64,000 nucleotides of DNA from Malacoraja senta (lineage: Eukaryota): assembly GCA_038087875.1 (NCBI GenBank), contig CM075981.1:72850001-72914000 (forward strand), written 5' to 3'. The notes under the pieces are model-generated. The model did not search any database. It had not been told where the DNA came from and was given only the letters and a program-made list of their open reading frames with translations. Both the position numbers and the translations under genes were made by a program. This document shows positions 36,701-46,900 of the stretch, piece after piece; within the stretch, counting starts at the first letter, position 1, and the number at the start of each line of letters is the position of its first letter.

Positions 36701-39650
36701 TGGCAAATTGAATATAATGTGGGAAAATGTGAAATTACCCATCTTGGCAGGAAAAATAAATGAGCGTATTATCTAAATAATGAGATGTAGTGGTTCTTGG
36801 TGTCCTAGTAAGCGAATAGAATGCAGGTACAGCAAGTAATTGGGAATGTCAACAAAATGTTATACAGGTAGTTTATTGTGAGAGAAAATAAATACCAAAG
36901 TTTCATGAAACTAAATTTCAGTTACACCAGGTATTTGTGTGACCACATCTGGCGTGCCAAGAATCCTATTGTGCTCCTTGCCTGAAGAAAGATGGTAATG
37001 TTTTGGAAGCAGTTTAGAGAAAGTTTACACGACTAATACCTGGAATGGGCAGAGGTGTTATCAGAAAAGGTTGTACAAGTTGTGCTTGAATCCACTGGAG
37101 TTCAGAAGAATGAGAAGGCGTTTTCAGAGTTAATGTAGAGTTTTCTTCCCCAATAACCCCCAGTATCCATAACCTTGGGCTCACTGTTCAAAATGAGGTC
37201 TGCATTAAAGGCAAATGGGTGAAAGCTTTTATCTCTCGGTGGATTGGGGGGTCTTTGGAACTTCCATAGAGATCCATAATTCGAGACGTGGCATACTGAA
37301 GGCTTCTTGTAAAAGGTATCATACGTTCTCAATACTATAGTCGCTACAGCTTCACCTCCCCAGCTCACATCCTTGCCTGCAAAGTCCACATTCCTTGAAC
37401 AAAATTTAAAAAGCAATACTTTCACTTAGATTTTTCTTGGATATAATCAACCTCCCAGTCTAGTAAAGTGCGAACATTTTAAAATTAAAACGTGCAATAT
37501 ATTTTTAAACATATAATGACACATATGCATTCTGTTGAAAATGGTGAATGTTTCCCCACAATTCATGCTTTGTATTTCACATAAAATGAGGCAGGTCTTC
37601 AGCCTTAACAGAAGTGACGTCACAGACAGACCTTGTGGCAAAGAGGCATCACAACCCGTCTTATCCAAATTACAGCCCATCTTGTCCTAGAAATATCTTA
37701 CTGTTTCCCCCGTTGTTGATCGGTCTACTCAACTCCCTATCCAACAGCACTTGGGGGAGGACATGTGTCGGAACCGCGACAGTTCAAGAGGGTGGCTCAC
37801 CACCATCTTTTCCAGGATAATTAGCTATGGGCAACAAATAATAACCCTCCAGCAACACCCATATCCTATAAATGAAGTAAACTTGCAGAACATATTAACT
37901 TCAAAATGCACCATAGCAACTTGCCAAGTTTCTGCAATGATACTTCATCAAACTGTGGTATTTACAAAATGGAAATAAATATGCAGGGTATAATTGAGAA
38001 TGTAATTTCATCCAAATTCTGCTGCAAGTGACTGTTCATCCTTACTTGGAAATCTATTGTTGTACCTCTGTTGCTGGGTCAAAATCGTGGCTTTGCAACT
38101 TGCTATTTTTTCTGAAATTAGCTTTAATTTAGTTTAGAAATATAGTATGGAAACAGGCCCTTCGGCCCACGAAGTCCACACCAACCATCAATCGCCACTA
38201 GTTCTATGTTATCCTACGCACTCAGGGGAATTTACAGAAGCTAATTAACCCACAAACCTGCATGTCTTTGGCATGTTGCAGGAAACCAGAGCACCCAGAG
38301 AAAACCTTCGCGGTCACAGGGAGACAGACAAATTTTGCACAGACAGCACGCATAGTTAGGATCAAACCCGGGTCTCTGGCATTGTGAGGCATCCGCTCTA
38401 TCGCTGCGCCACTGTGCAGCCTAGAAATAAGAAAAGCTATATGTGCAAAGCAGTTTATTTATTTATTTATATATTTATAATTTTATTTTATTAGAAGCAA
38501 TTGTACAGAGATAAAACATTCGGCATCTGAAAATTATACAATTATTGTACAGCTTCATGTTTAACCTTATAACCTAAATTATGAAAATGAAAAAAAGAAA
38601 AGAAAGAGAAAACAAGAAAGAAAAGAAGTAGAAAGTGAAAAGATAGATTGAAGAAGTACAAAAGAGAATCCCTTAACTACCAAAGCAGTGTAGCAGAAAG
38701 ATAAAGGAATAAAAAATAAAAAAAAATAAAAGTGGAGATATACCTTGTCCCTCGTCCCCCCGCCCACCTCACCCAACCCAGCATCGGATTTAAATTATAT
38801 GTGCAAAGTAGTTGTAGCCTATTTTAAAGATTATGAACACTTTGTCTTTGTGTGTTTTTTTTGTTGTGTTTTTGTGCTTGGAGGGGAATAAGATGAGGCC
38901 AGCAACGTGGCGACCTTTGTGTACAGCCTCAGTGTAATCAACTATCCTTACACTATTGTACTTGATAATAATGGTGCCTATGTATAGTAAGAGTTTTACT
39001 GAACCATATACAAAAAAAGACATTTAATGTACTTTGGTACATGTGACAATAGTGTACCATTGAACCATTGATTATTTGGCTATAGGTTCCACCAGCAGAA
39101 GCTTCAGTCCTTTCTAACTCATTTAAGACAATAAGCACACAGAATGACGTGTACTAGAGTTGGAGCTAGTATCTCATTTGTTATCATTGGTAATCATTTC
39201 ACTATGAGTTAGACATTTATCACTGTTCTGAAAACATAAAACTATCATTGGCTGACTAACTTTTAACAGTAACTTTTTTTCTATATGCCAACAATTTTTT
39301 CTATGGTTAGTTTGTAAGGGCAGGTTAATCGGGCTAGGTTTAAGTTTCCTAAATTGCGTTTGGCGTAAAAAGATATTCACTCCAACACTGAGATATGCCA
39401 TCCACATGATAAGCCATTATTTCATGCAAATGATAAGAATATTCATATTTTGTACATCTTTGCATAATTGAAACTATTACATGTCTAACAAATCTGTGAA
39501 GTCCAACGAATAGATATGAATTTTTACCTGCAGAGATATGACAATTAAAATCTTTACTTCCTTTCAGGTGAATGCTCAAAACACCTGGCTGTCTATGGAG
39601 GAGCAGCTCTGGTTGGTTTTCTCCGTTTCTATGCCACTAATAATGGCTAG
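15558..39650 (+). CDS. C16orf89: C16orf89 (UPF0764)-like secreted protein, copy A, gene span (7 coding exons, ~307 aa)
   Basis: Exons 15558-15720, 16578-16730, 22612-22762, 26308-26425, 28851-29004, 35099-35200 and 39568-39650 splice in frame (924 nt). Peptides resemble recalled human C16orf89 (NLDG, RDIFMENIMFCGMGGFSDFYKLRW..ILSWQ..GCF). Sits head-to-head with ALG1, next to which human C16orf89 also lies. Confidence 0.85.
16578..16730 (+). CDS. C16orf89: C16orf89-like A exon 2 ([14 protein letters not shown]...INEPKDYK)
   Basis: 153 bp, polypyrimidine-CAG acceptor and GTAAAC donor, phase 1-1. Confidence 0.85.
18341..18612. repeat. Perfect inverted repeat, 111-bp arms, 50-bp spacer (duplicate at 47422-47693)
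   Basis: 18341-18451 is the exact reverse complement of 18502-18612; the right arm lies in a degenerate SINE. Confidence 0.93.
19645..20967 (-). mobile_element. TIR element carrying ZFP36-family fragment, in C16orf89-like A intron 2
   Basis: Same TIRs (2 mismatches at the left end), 1323 bp, flanks unrelated to those of the 2761 copy. Confidence 0.87.
19970..20420 (-). pseudogene. ZFP36/TTP-family CCCH zinc-finger gene fragment (frameshifted)
   Basis: [25 protein letters not shown] / [21 protein letters not shown] and C-terminal [35 protein letters not shown] lie in different frames. Confidence 0.88.
21130..21453. mobile_element. PIF/Harbinger-like MITE with TAA TSD (duplicate at 50212-50535)
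   Basis: AGCCCTGTCCCA...TGGGACAGGGCT TIR, TAA on both sides, nested in a Penelope-related short repeat. Confidence 0.82.
22612..22762 (+). CDS. C16orf89: C16orf89-like A exon 3 ([16 protein letters not shown]...[10 protein letters not shown])
   Basis: 151 bp, TAG/GTATGT boundaries; W-x5-W and C-L-x-x-L-L pattern as in the human exon. Confidence 0.82.
23123..24174 (+). mobile_element. Non-autonomous Helitron-like element, family 1 (duplicate at 52202-53223)
   Basis: 5' A|TC; 3' hairpin CAGACCC-AAC-GGGTCTG followed by CTAG|T (CCAG in copy A); no TSD. Confidence 0.72.
24683..24945 (+). repeat. 25-bp minisatellite CTTCAGTGGAATCGATCTGGTGATT, ~10.5 copies
   Basis: Direct tandem units with no spacers. 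Confidence 0.95.
26308..26425 (+). CDS. C16orf89: C16orf89-like A exon 4 ([34 protein letters not shown])
   Basis: 118 bp, AAG/GTAAGT boundaries; conserved Cys spacing. Confidence 0.82.
26995..27625 (-). mobile_element. CR1 LINE 3' fragment (duplicate at ~55965-56595)
   Basis: [37 protein letters not shown] ... GTGY*, with microsatellite tail. Confidence 0.93.
27645..28389 (+). mobile_element. Non-autonomous Helitron-like element, family 2 (duplicate at ~56618-57365)
   Basis: Same 3' hairpin + CTAG|T end as family 1; internal duplicated block; 5' end approximate. Confidence 0.65.
28851..29004 (+). CDS. C16orf89: C16orf89-like A exon 5 (MRCS...LCLKMMEVN...RNIFLEN)
   Basis: 154 bp, TAG/GTAAGT boundaries. 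Confidence 0.88.
29614..30165 (-). mobile_element. Penelope-like retroelement 3' fragment, GIY-YIG endonuclease remnant (duplicate at ~58590-59141)
   Basis: [36 protein letters not shown]; 17-bp TSD CCCCTCTAAATATTTAA. Confidence 0.88.
32741..33875 (+). mobile_element. CR1 LINE ORF2 3' part (300-aa ORF at 32874-33776) preceded by a Penelope-related short repeat
   Basis: [12 protein letters not shown]...CEVIHFG...RPHLEYC..FWSP; (TTTCTATG)n tail. Confidence 0.95.
33883..34924. mobile_element. Non-autonomous TIR DNA transposon (hAT-like TAG...CTA ends)
   Basis: TAGGTATGTTACAAAA / TTTTGTAACATTGCTA; ATAATTG on both flanks. Confidence 0.75.
35099..35200 (+). CDS. C16orf89: C16orf89-like A exon 6 ([31 protein letters not shown])
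   Basis: 102 bp, CAG/GTGAGT boundaries; most conserved block. Confidence 0.9.
35430..37130 (+). mobile_element. Old degenerate CR1 RT fragment, interrupted by later insertions
   Basis: Remnants of [17 protein letters not shown] and CEITHLG motifs. Confidence 0.65.
35746..36523. mobile_element. Tc1/pogo (Tigger-like) non-autonomous element with TA TSD
   Basis: TA|CAGTAAACT ... AGTTTACTG|TA; GC-rich internal ~120-bp repeats. Confidence 0.65.
38130..38420 (-). mobile_element. tRNA-derived SINE (antisense)
   Basis: Antisense box-B-like GGATCAAACCCGGGTC; body shared with repeats at ~11800-12000, ~18470-18740 and ~30880-31020. Confidence 0.6.
39568..39650 (+). CDS. C16orf89: C16orf89-like A terminal coding exon ([27 protein letters not shown])
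   Basis: CAG acceptor, phase-compatible with exon 6; resembles the family C-terminal GCSxH..AALxGFL block; AATAAA at ~40028. Confidence 0.78.
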
Positions 39651-40164
39651 ACCATCGTAACATCACCAAAACATCTTGATCTTGCGAGATAATGTTTAAC
39701 TTGTAATGCCATCAATGTAATTTGAAATAGCAGTTTTACGTTTCATTTTATTTCTGATCATTCAAATTGCTAATTGCGATTTCGGGATTTTTTTCTTTAG
39801 TTTAGTTTAATCTTTCTCAGATTCTTGCTGCATTTTATGGAAAATACTAACCATTCCTACTAATCAGAGATATTTCTCTGGGTCTCAGAAAATAAGAAAT
39901 TGAAGTGCACTGTTTCACCTTCGCGCCCAAAATACCATCTGGAGTCATACTTTGGAACATTAATCAACTCTAGTCTAGATTAAATGATGAAATTTAATGT
40001 ATTTATGTACTGTTCATTATCCCCTTCAATAAATATAAAATGAAATGCGCAAAACTTTTGTCAATATTATGAGGTTATATCTAAATTTACAAAAAATATT
40101 ACATTAGAGACAAGGACCTAACACTTGTTCTTCCAAAAATACACAGAGCAGTGAAAGATTAAAA

Positions 40165-40454
40165 TTGGAGGAAATGCACCTCATATTCCGCTTGGGCAGT
40201 CTACATCCTGGTGGCCTGAACATTGAATTCTCCCAATTCTGCTAGCCCTGGCTGTCCCCTCCCCTTCATCAGCCATCTGGTTGTCTCCTCCCCTCCCCCA
40301 GCCCTCGGGCTCCTCCTCCGCCTTTTCCTTCTTTCCTTTCTTCTCCCCACCCCCTATCAGTCTGAAGAAGGGTTTCGGCCCGAAACGTTGCCTATTTCCT
40401 TCGCTCCATAGATGCTGCTGCACCCGCTGAGTTTCTCCAGCATTTTTGTGTACC
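40165..40454 (+). mobile_element. Penelope-like 3' terminal fragment
   Basis: Matches 42375-42662; flanked by GAAAGATTAAAA on both sides. Confidence 0.8.
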
Positions 40455-41832
40455 GAAAGATTAAAAATACTTGTTTGGGGTTGTTTCTAAGGGTTGGTTA
40501 TTAAAGAAGTACAGATTTCAGTGAAACATGTCTATGTTATCTCATAGAACAAAACTGTGATAAATTAGATTTGAAATAAAGTTGGTTTGATTCACAAATT
40601 AGTTGTTCTGTTTTCTTACTAAATAGGTAAAAGATAGATCTGTGAGATTTGGAGCATTTATAAAATATAAATTATACCTTGTTGTCTGAAAGCTAAGAGC
40701 CAAGAATTAAACATTTCAATCTCAAAAAAAAGGATTGTTCATATGCAAGGAAGAGTGGAAATGCAGTTCATAAAAGGGGTGATGAAGAGAGGACTGAAAT
40801 AGAAAAGGTAATTGGGAAAAACGTGCACGATGTTTCCAAAGTGCTTTATAAATACATTTAGAGAATTAATTTGCTAATGAAGATCACTCGGGTAGAACTA
40901 TAATCAATGCTAAGAATCTGGTTGATTGTACAGTGTACACATTTCACATGAAGAGGACAATATACTGTTGTCTCATTAAAGTGAAGGGGGCCGGGAACCA
41001 AATGGACTTGATAGAAGTAGAAAATGCTATAGAGAATTACTGAATTTTGCATCCCAGGGGGGCATTCAGTCTGGGGAACTCCTTGCCTTTCAAAAACTGA
41101 TCCAGTTGGACCATTGCTTGTATATCTATACTGTACTGCATTTACTTCCTTTTGAAAGTAACTCTTGAAACAGTATCCACCATCTGGTCAATGTAAATAT
41201 GTAAAGAGCTATTTCCCTGTAACCCTCTTTTGGTTTGGTTGCCTGTAATGGTAAATCTCTGCTCTCTGGTTTATCAACCATTCAGTTCCTAGAAGCAGTT
41301 GCTTTTTATTTACTTAATTGAAACCCTTCATGGACCTCTATCACATTCCTCTTAACCGTCTCTGCTCCATGGACAACCAAAGCGCCTCCCATTTTTTCAT
41401 GACAATCTAACCCCTTATCACTGGAAAAATGACTGTAAATCTGTACTGATTAAAAGTTCAGAATGTATTCCGGATTCCCCAATATAATATCTCGTTGAGG
41501 CGCTTTCACTTTTTATATCTACATTTTCCCTGCAGCAGTAACATTATATTCTGCACTCTGTTTCCTTTCTCCTTGCACTACCTGTTGTACCATCTGTGGA
41601 GAGGGAAATATAGCCGATAACTTAGGATGAGAAACCTCCACTATGAAGGATCATCAAGGTGAAATACTTCCCCCATTCCACAAATGTGGCCACACCTGCC
41701 TAGTATTCCAAGGTCTTGTACCCGAAGTAACCAGTTCTAACCAACTAGAAAAGATGGGTAACTGAAATTCCAGAATTCAATATTAAGTCACGAGGGATGT
41801 AGCATTCCCAAATGGAAAATTAGATGTAATTC

Positions 41833-41997
41833 NNNNNNNNNNNNNNNNNNNNNNNNNNNNNNNNNNNNNNNNNNNNNNNNNNNNNNNNNNNNNNNNNNNN
41901 NNNNNNNNNNNNNNNNNNNNNNNNNNNNNNNNNNNNNNNNNNNNNNNNNNNNNNNNNNNNNNNNNNNNNNNNNNNNNNNNNNNNNNNNNNNNNNNNN
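41833..41997. other. Assembly gap (N run)
   Basis: Run of N. Confidence 1.
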
Positions 41998-42662
41998 TCC
42001 GTAACTCCCTTGTCAATTCTTCCCTTCCCTCCCATACCACCCCCTCCCCTGGTACTTTCCCTTGCAACCGCAAGAGATGCAACACTTGTCCCTTCACCTC
42101 CCCCCTCGAGGACCCAAGCAGTCGTTCCAGGTGCGACAGAGGTTCACCTGCATCTCCTCCAACCTCATCTATTGCATCCGCTGCTCTAGATGCCAGCTGA
42201 TCTACATCGGTGAGACCAAGCGGAGGCTTGGCGATCGTTTCGCCGAACACCTCCGGTCGGTCCGCAATAACCAACTTGACCTCCCGGTGGCTCAGCACTT
42301 CAACTCCCCCTCCCATTCCGTATCTGACCTCTCTGTCCTGGGTCTCCTCCATGGCCACAGCGAGCAACACCGTAAATTGGAGGAAATGCACCTCATATTC
42401 CGCTTGGGCAGTCTACATCCTGTGGGCTTGAACATTGAATTCTCCCAATTCTGCTAGCCCTTGCTGTCCCCCCCCCCTTCATCAGCCCTCTGGTTGTCTC
42501 CTCCCCTCCCCCAGAGGCTCCTCCTCTGCCTTTTTCCTTTTTTCCTTTCTTCTCCCCACCCCCTATCAGTCTGAAGAAGGGTTTCGGCCCGAAACGTTGC
42601 CTATTTCCTTCGCTCCATAGATGCTGCTGCACCCGCTGAGTTTCTCCAGCATTTTTGTGTAC
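41998..42662 (+). mobile_element. Penelope-like retroelement, GIY-YIG endonuclease region
   Basis: [40 protein letters not shown]...VAQHFN. Confidence 0.92.
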
Positions 42663-43769
42663 CATCTAAAATCAGTACCCCGTTCCTGCTTTTTCCCTAT
42701 ATCCCTTGATTACTTCAGCCCTACGAGCTAAATCTAACTCTGACTTGAAAACATCCAGTGAATTGGCCTCCACTGCCTTCCACAGATTCACAACTCTCTG
42801 GGTGAGACCCATCTTCAGACAGAGCCAGGGGAAGGGGAAGTGAGAGATAAAGACGGAGATATAAAACACATTAATGAAAGATATGCAAAAAAGTAACAAT
42901 GATAAAGGAAGCAGGCCATTGTTAACTGTAGGCTAGGTGAAAATGAGTTACAGACAAAGTGAATGGCATGCCCTTGGAACAGACCATGCCAAAGACTTTA
43001 AAGTACAAACTTTTGGAACCAGTTTTGCTGTTGGGTAAAGAAAGATTTGCGTAGAGGCGATGGGGGTGTGCTGATGAGAACAAAAAGGGACCCAGTGGTG
43101 AGGGCCGCCGAGATCAAAGAGGGTAGACACAAATAGCTGGAATAATTCGTGGGTCAGGCAGCAATTCTGGAGAAAAGGAATAGTTGACGTTTCGGGTCGA
43201 GACTCTTCCTCAGACTGTCAGGGGAAAGGGAAACGAGAGATCAAGGAAAGGTGGAGCCCACAATGGTCAAATGTTGACCAATGAGGGACAGTGGGGGAGC
43301 TGCTGCCGAGAAGAATGAGGAACTTGGCGCCGCCGAGAACAAAGAGTACTTTTGCAACTTCATCGGCGCCAGAAACGTGGCAACTTTTTGTGTACTTTGT
43401 ACACATGGATAGTCGTCGTTTTGAGTCAGTGGAGATGCTGCCTGACCCGCTGAATGCCTTTAAGTAAACCTCATCCTTAATAATGGACTCTAAAATCTTA
43501 CCAGCTACTGAAGTCAGGCTAACTAGCCTATAGTTTCCCCTCTTTTGTCTCCCTCCCTTCTTGACCAGTGGAGTAACATTTGCAATAGTTAGTTGGGCCG
43601 AAGGGCCTGTTTCCATTCTGCATGACTCTGCATGAATGTAAATAAAACTATTCTGTAGAAGAACCAGCCTTGTAGCAGTGATTGCAGGGAACAGGTCACG
43701 TGTGAAAGACAGTTCCATAAGAAGCGCCACATGCAGTTGATGGGCAAACTGCGGGAGAGACGAGTAAGC

Positions 43770-43932
43770 ATGAAATCTGTTCTGATCGCAATTACACTAC
43801 TAAGTTCAGTTTTGGCAGATGAACGGAACATCGAAAATCTTGTTTCCACACTGGAGAAGGTGTCTACCTCTTTAGAAACTTCAACAGATCAACTTAATTT
43901 GAATGGAATATTAGGAACTGTTATTTTAAACG
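43770..43932 (+). CDS. C16orf89: C16orf89-like B exon 1
   Basis: Same as copy A except Q->R; GTAAGT donor. Confidence 0.82.
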
Positions 43933-46900
43933 GTAAGTCGAATGACAGGTCCTGTCTATGGTGTGGCCAGGGTTGTCGCCCTGTCAGGCACCCCTCGGTT
44001 GTAAACTAATGCTGGTACTGAGACCTTGTAGGTTTGTTAATGTAGAGTGAAGTACAGAGTTCAGTTTATTTATTCATGTGTGTGTATATATTTATATAAT
44101 GGTATATGGACACACTGATCTGTTTTGAAGTCAATGCCTACTATGTTCTGTTGTGCAGAAGCAAAGCAAGAATTTCATTGTCCTATCAGGGACACATGAC
44201 AATAAACTCTCTTGAACTTGAACTTGAGAGATGATGGGGTGGAATGGCCCAGATATTTCCACCCTGAACAGTTATGAGATGTCATTAATCCATTCAAAAA
44301 AGTTAAACATATTCTGTGTATATTAATTCTTGCACCAAGATAGAAAGAAGGATGTAGAAAGATAATTTAAAAAAATAATTGTTATTTTCAAAATTGCTAA
44401 ACTTGGAATAAATTAATACAGAAGAGGAAATCAAAACTTACTTTCAGGTGCAAGCTGCTCACAATAACTTATATCCAGTTATAAAATTGTGAAGATTTTA
44501 TATTTGGAGCCAAACAATCAAGCGTACAAAAAGTCAAGAGTAAGAAAAATTAAAAAAGTACTTAAATAAAAGATAGTTATGAAAAAGGCTGATTGTAAAT
44601 GAAGACACAAGAACTGCTGATACTGGAATTCTGAGCTAAACACACTACTGGAGGAACTCAAGGGATCAGGCAGCACCAATGGAGGGAATGGACTGACAAC
44701 TTTTTGGGGCCTTATATATTTATATTAGTTCAAATTTGCATCAGATTTCTTGTTGAATTTAAATGTGATTTTGCCATTTTTATTCTGCAGCTCAACTGCT
44801 AGGAACCGTTAGTAGATGGAATATTCCAGGACCAGGTTCTGTTGCACTGCATGCAAGGCTGAAGGGTGTTGTGACAAAAGTAAACATCGTAACAAGAAAT
44901 GGTATGGGAGAACTAAGAATAAATGAGCCTGAAGATTACAAAGGTAAACTTTAAGATTATGCAATTAATAAAATACCAATTTTCTGCCATTTTTTAAGTT
45001 TGCACTTTGCTCACTCTGTTCTACTTGAGTTTGACTTGATTGTATTCATGTACAGAATTATCTGATAGGATAGCATGCAAAATAAAGCTTTTCACTGTAC
45101 CTTTGTACCTCTGACAATAATAAACCTAAACTTAAAACCTAGGTTTAATTTGCAAATCTGCTCTGCATTCATGGGCAAGATGAAGCCTCACTCATTACCT
45201 GGTGTGTCTTCAATAATTGACAGATCATGACTCTAATGGCGCCAGTGAGTGATGTCTGTAGTTATTAATATCGTTAAATTAAAACAAAAGGTACTAGATA
45301 ACATTCAACAGTTCAGGCAGCAACAGTTTGGCAAGACAATATGGAGTTAATGTTTTGGGTACAGGCACTCCCAGGTTTACAAACACTCATTTTATGTACA
45401 GCCCATACACTGGCAGTATGGATTTGTTGGCTGCTGTGGACCTGTAGGCATTTTCGGTTGTGTGAGGATTCTGATTACTAAAAGAAAACCCTGTCTTAAC
45501 CTGGGGTGGACCTGCAATGAATGATGATTCTTCACCTTTGCACTACACAGCAGTGACTAAGAAGCATTTATTTGATTGTATTGCACTGTCATAATTTAAA
45601 TAAGAAATATTTTCTCCTAAGACATGTTTCTCAGAAACTCATTACTGTGTATGTGTTTGCTGTCCAAATTCCACTGATTATAACTGACACCTAGGACCGT
45701 GTTCAAAGGATACCAACATGGAGACAGATTATCTAAGAATAGTTTACAAGGCTGGTCATAGAATGCAAACAATTCCAAAATGACCATGACTAATATCCAT
45801 CCAACACGTCTACAAACTTTTCAACAATATCTGTTAGTTACACGTGTTTTGTTTTCTCCATAGTTAAATCCAAGCTCTCTGTGCAGCTTCCTTCTTATTT
45901 TTGTGGCTATCTTCTCTGCTTCCAATGTTTTTTGCTATCCAATAAAAGTTCAATATCTGTGTACCCATTAGATTGTTTCGCAAATTGCATTAACTCTGCC
46001 CGTAGGAAAACATCACATGATTCTTCACTGGAGAGAATTGATCAAAAGTTTGTTTATTGAGTATTTGAGGAAGTTCTCAGGGGTAAAAGATTGTAGAAAC
46101 TTAGCGAGGGTGATCTTGAGCTTATGGTCTAGGTGGCTGAAGACATGACATCAGTGGTGGAGCAACAAAAATTAGGGAGATGGCATAGAATTGGAGATAA
46201 CAGCTTCTTCCCAGCATCCTACCACAACTAGAGAGCAGTCCTGTACTGCTATCTACCTTATTGGTGACCCTCGGACTATCTTTGATCGGACTTTACTGAC
46301 GTTACCTTGCACTAAACGTTATTCCCTTATCATGTATCTGTGCACTGTGAATGGCTCGATTGTAATCATGTGTTGTTTTTCTGCTGACTGGTTAGCATGG
46401 AAAAAAGCTTTTCTCTGTACCTGTGACACTGTACGCGTGACAATAAAACTAAACTGAACTGAGAGTAGGATGCCATAGAGAGGGAACAGATCTCTCACGG
46501 TTGTTTGATGGAGTAGGTAATCTGAGGAAGGACATTATAGCCATAGAGGGAGTGCAGAGAAGGTTCACCAGACTGATTCCTGGGATGTCAGGACTCTCAT
46601 ATGAAGAAAGACTGGATAGACTTGGCTTATACTCGCTAGAATTTAGGAGATTGAGAGGGGATCTTATAGAAACGTACAAGATTCTTATGGGGTTGGACAG
46701 GCTAGATGCAGGAAGATTGTTCCCGATGTTGGGGAAGTCCAGGACAAGGGGTCACAGCTTAAGGATAAGGGGAAAATCCTTTAAGACCGAGATGAGGAAA
46801 AACTTTTTCACACAGAGAGTGGTGAATCTCTGGAACTCTCTGCCACAGAGGGTAGTTGAGGCCAGTTCATTGGCTATATTTAAGAGGGAATTAGATGTGG

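Noticed and set aside
38130-38420. tRNA gene
   Set aside because: Only box-B-like SINE remnants; no cloverleaf.
38880-38935. Candidate missing exon 7 of the C16orf89-like gene
   Set aside because: The nearest acceptor gives an immediate stop; the alternative has a weak donor and no similarity to the expected peptide.
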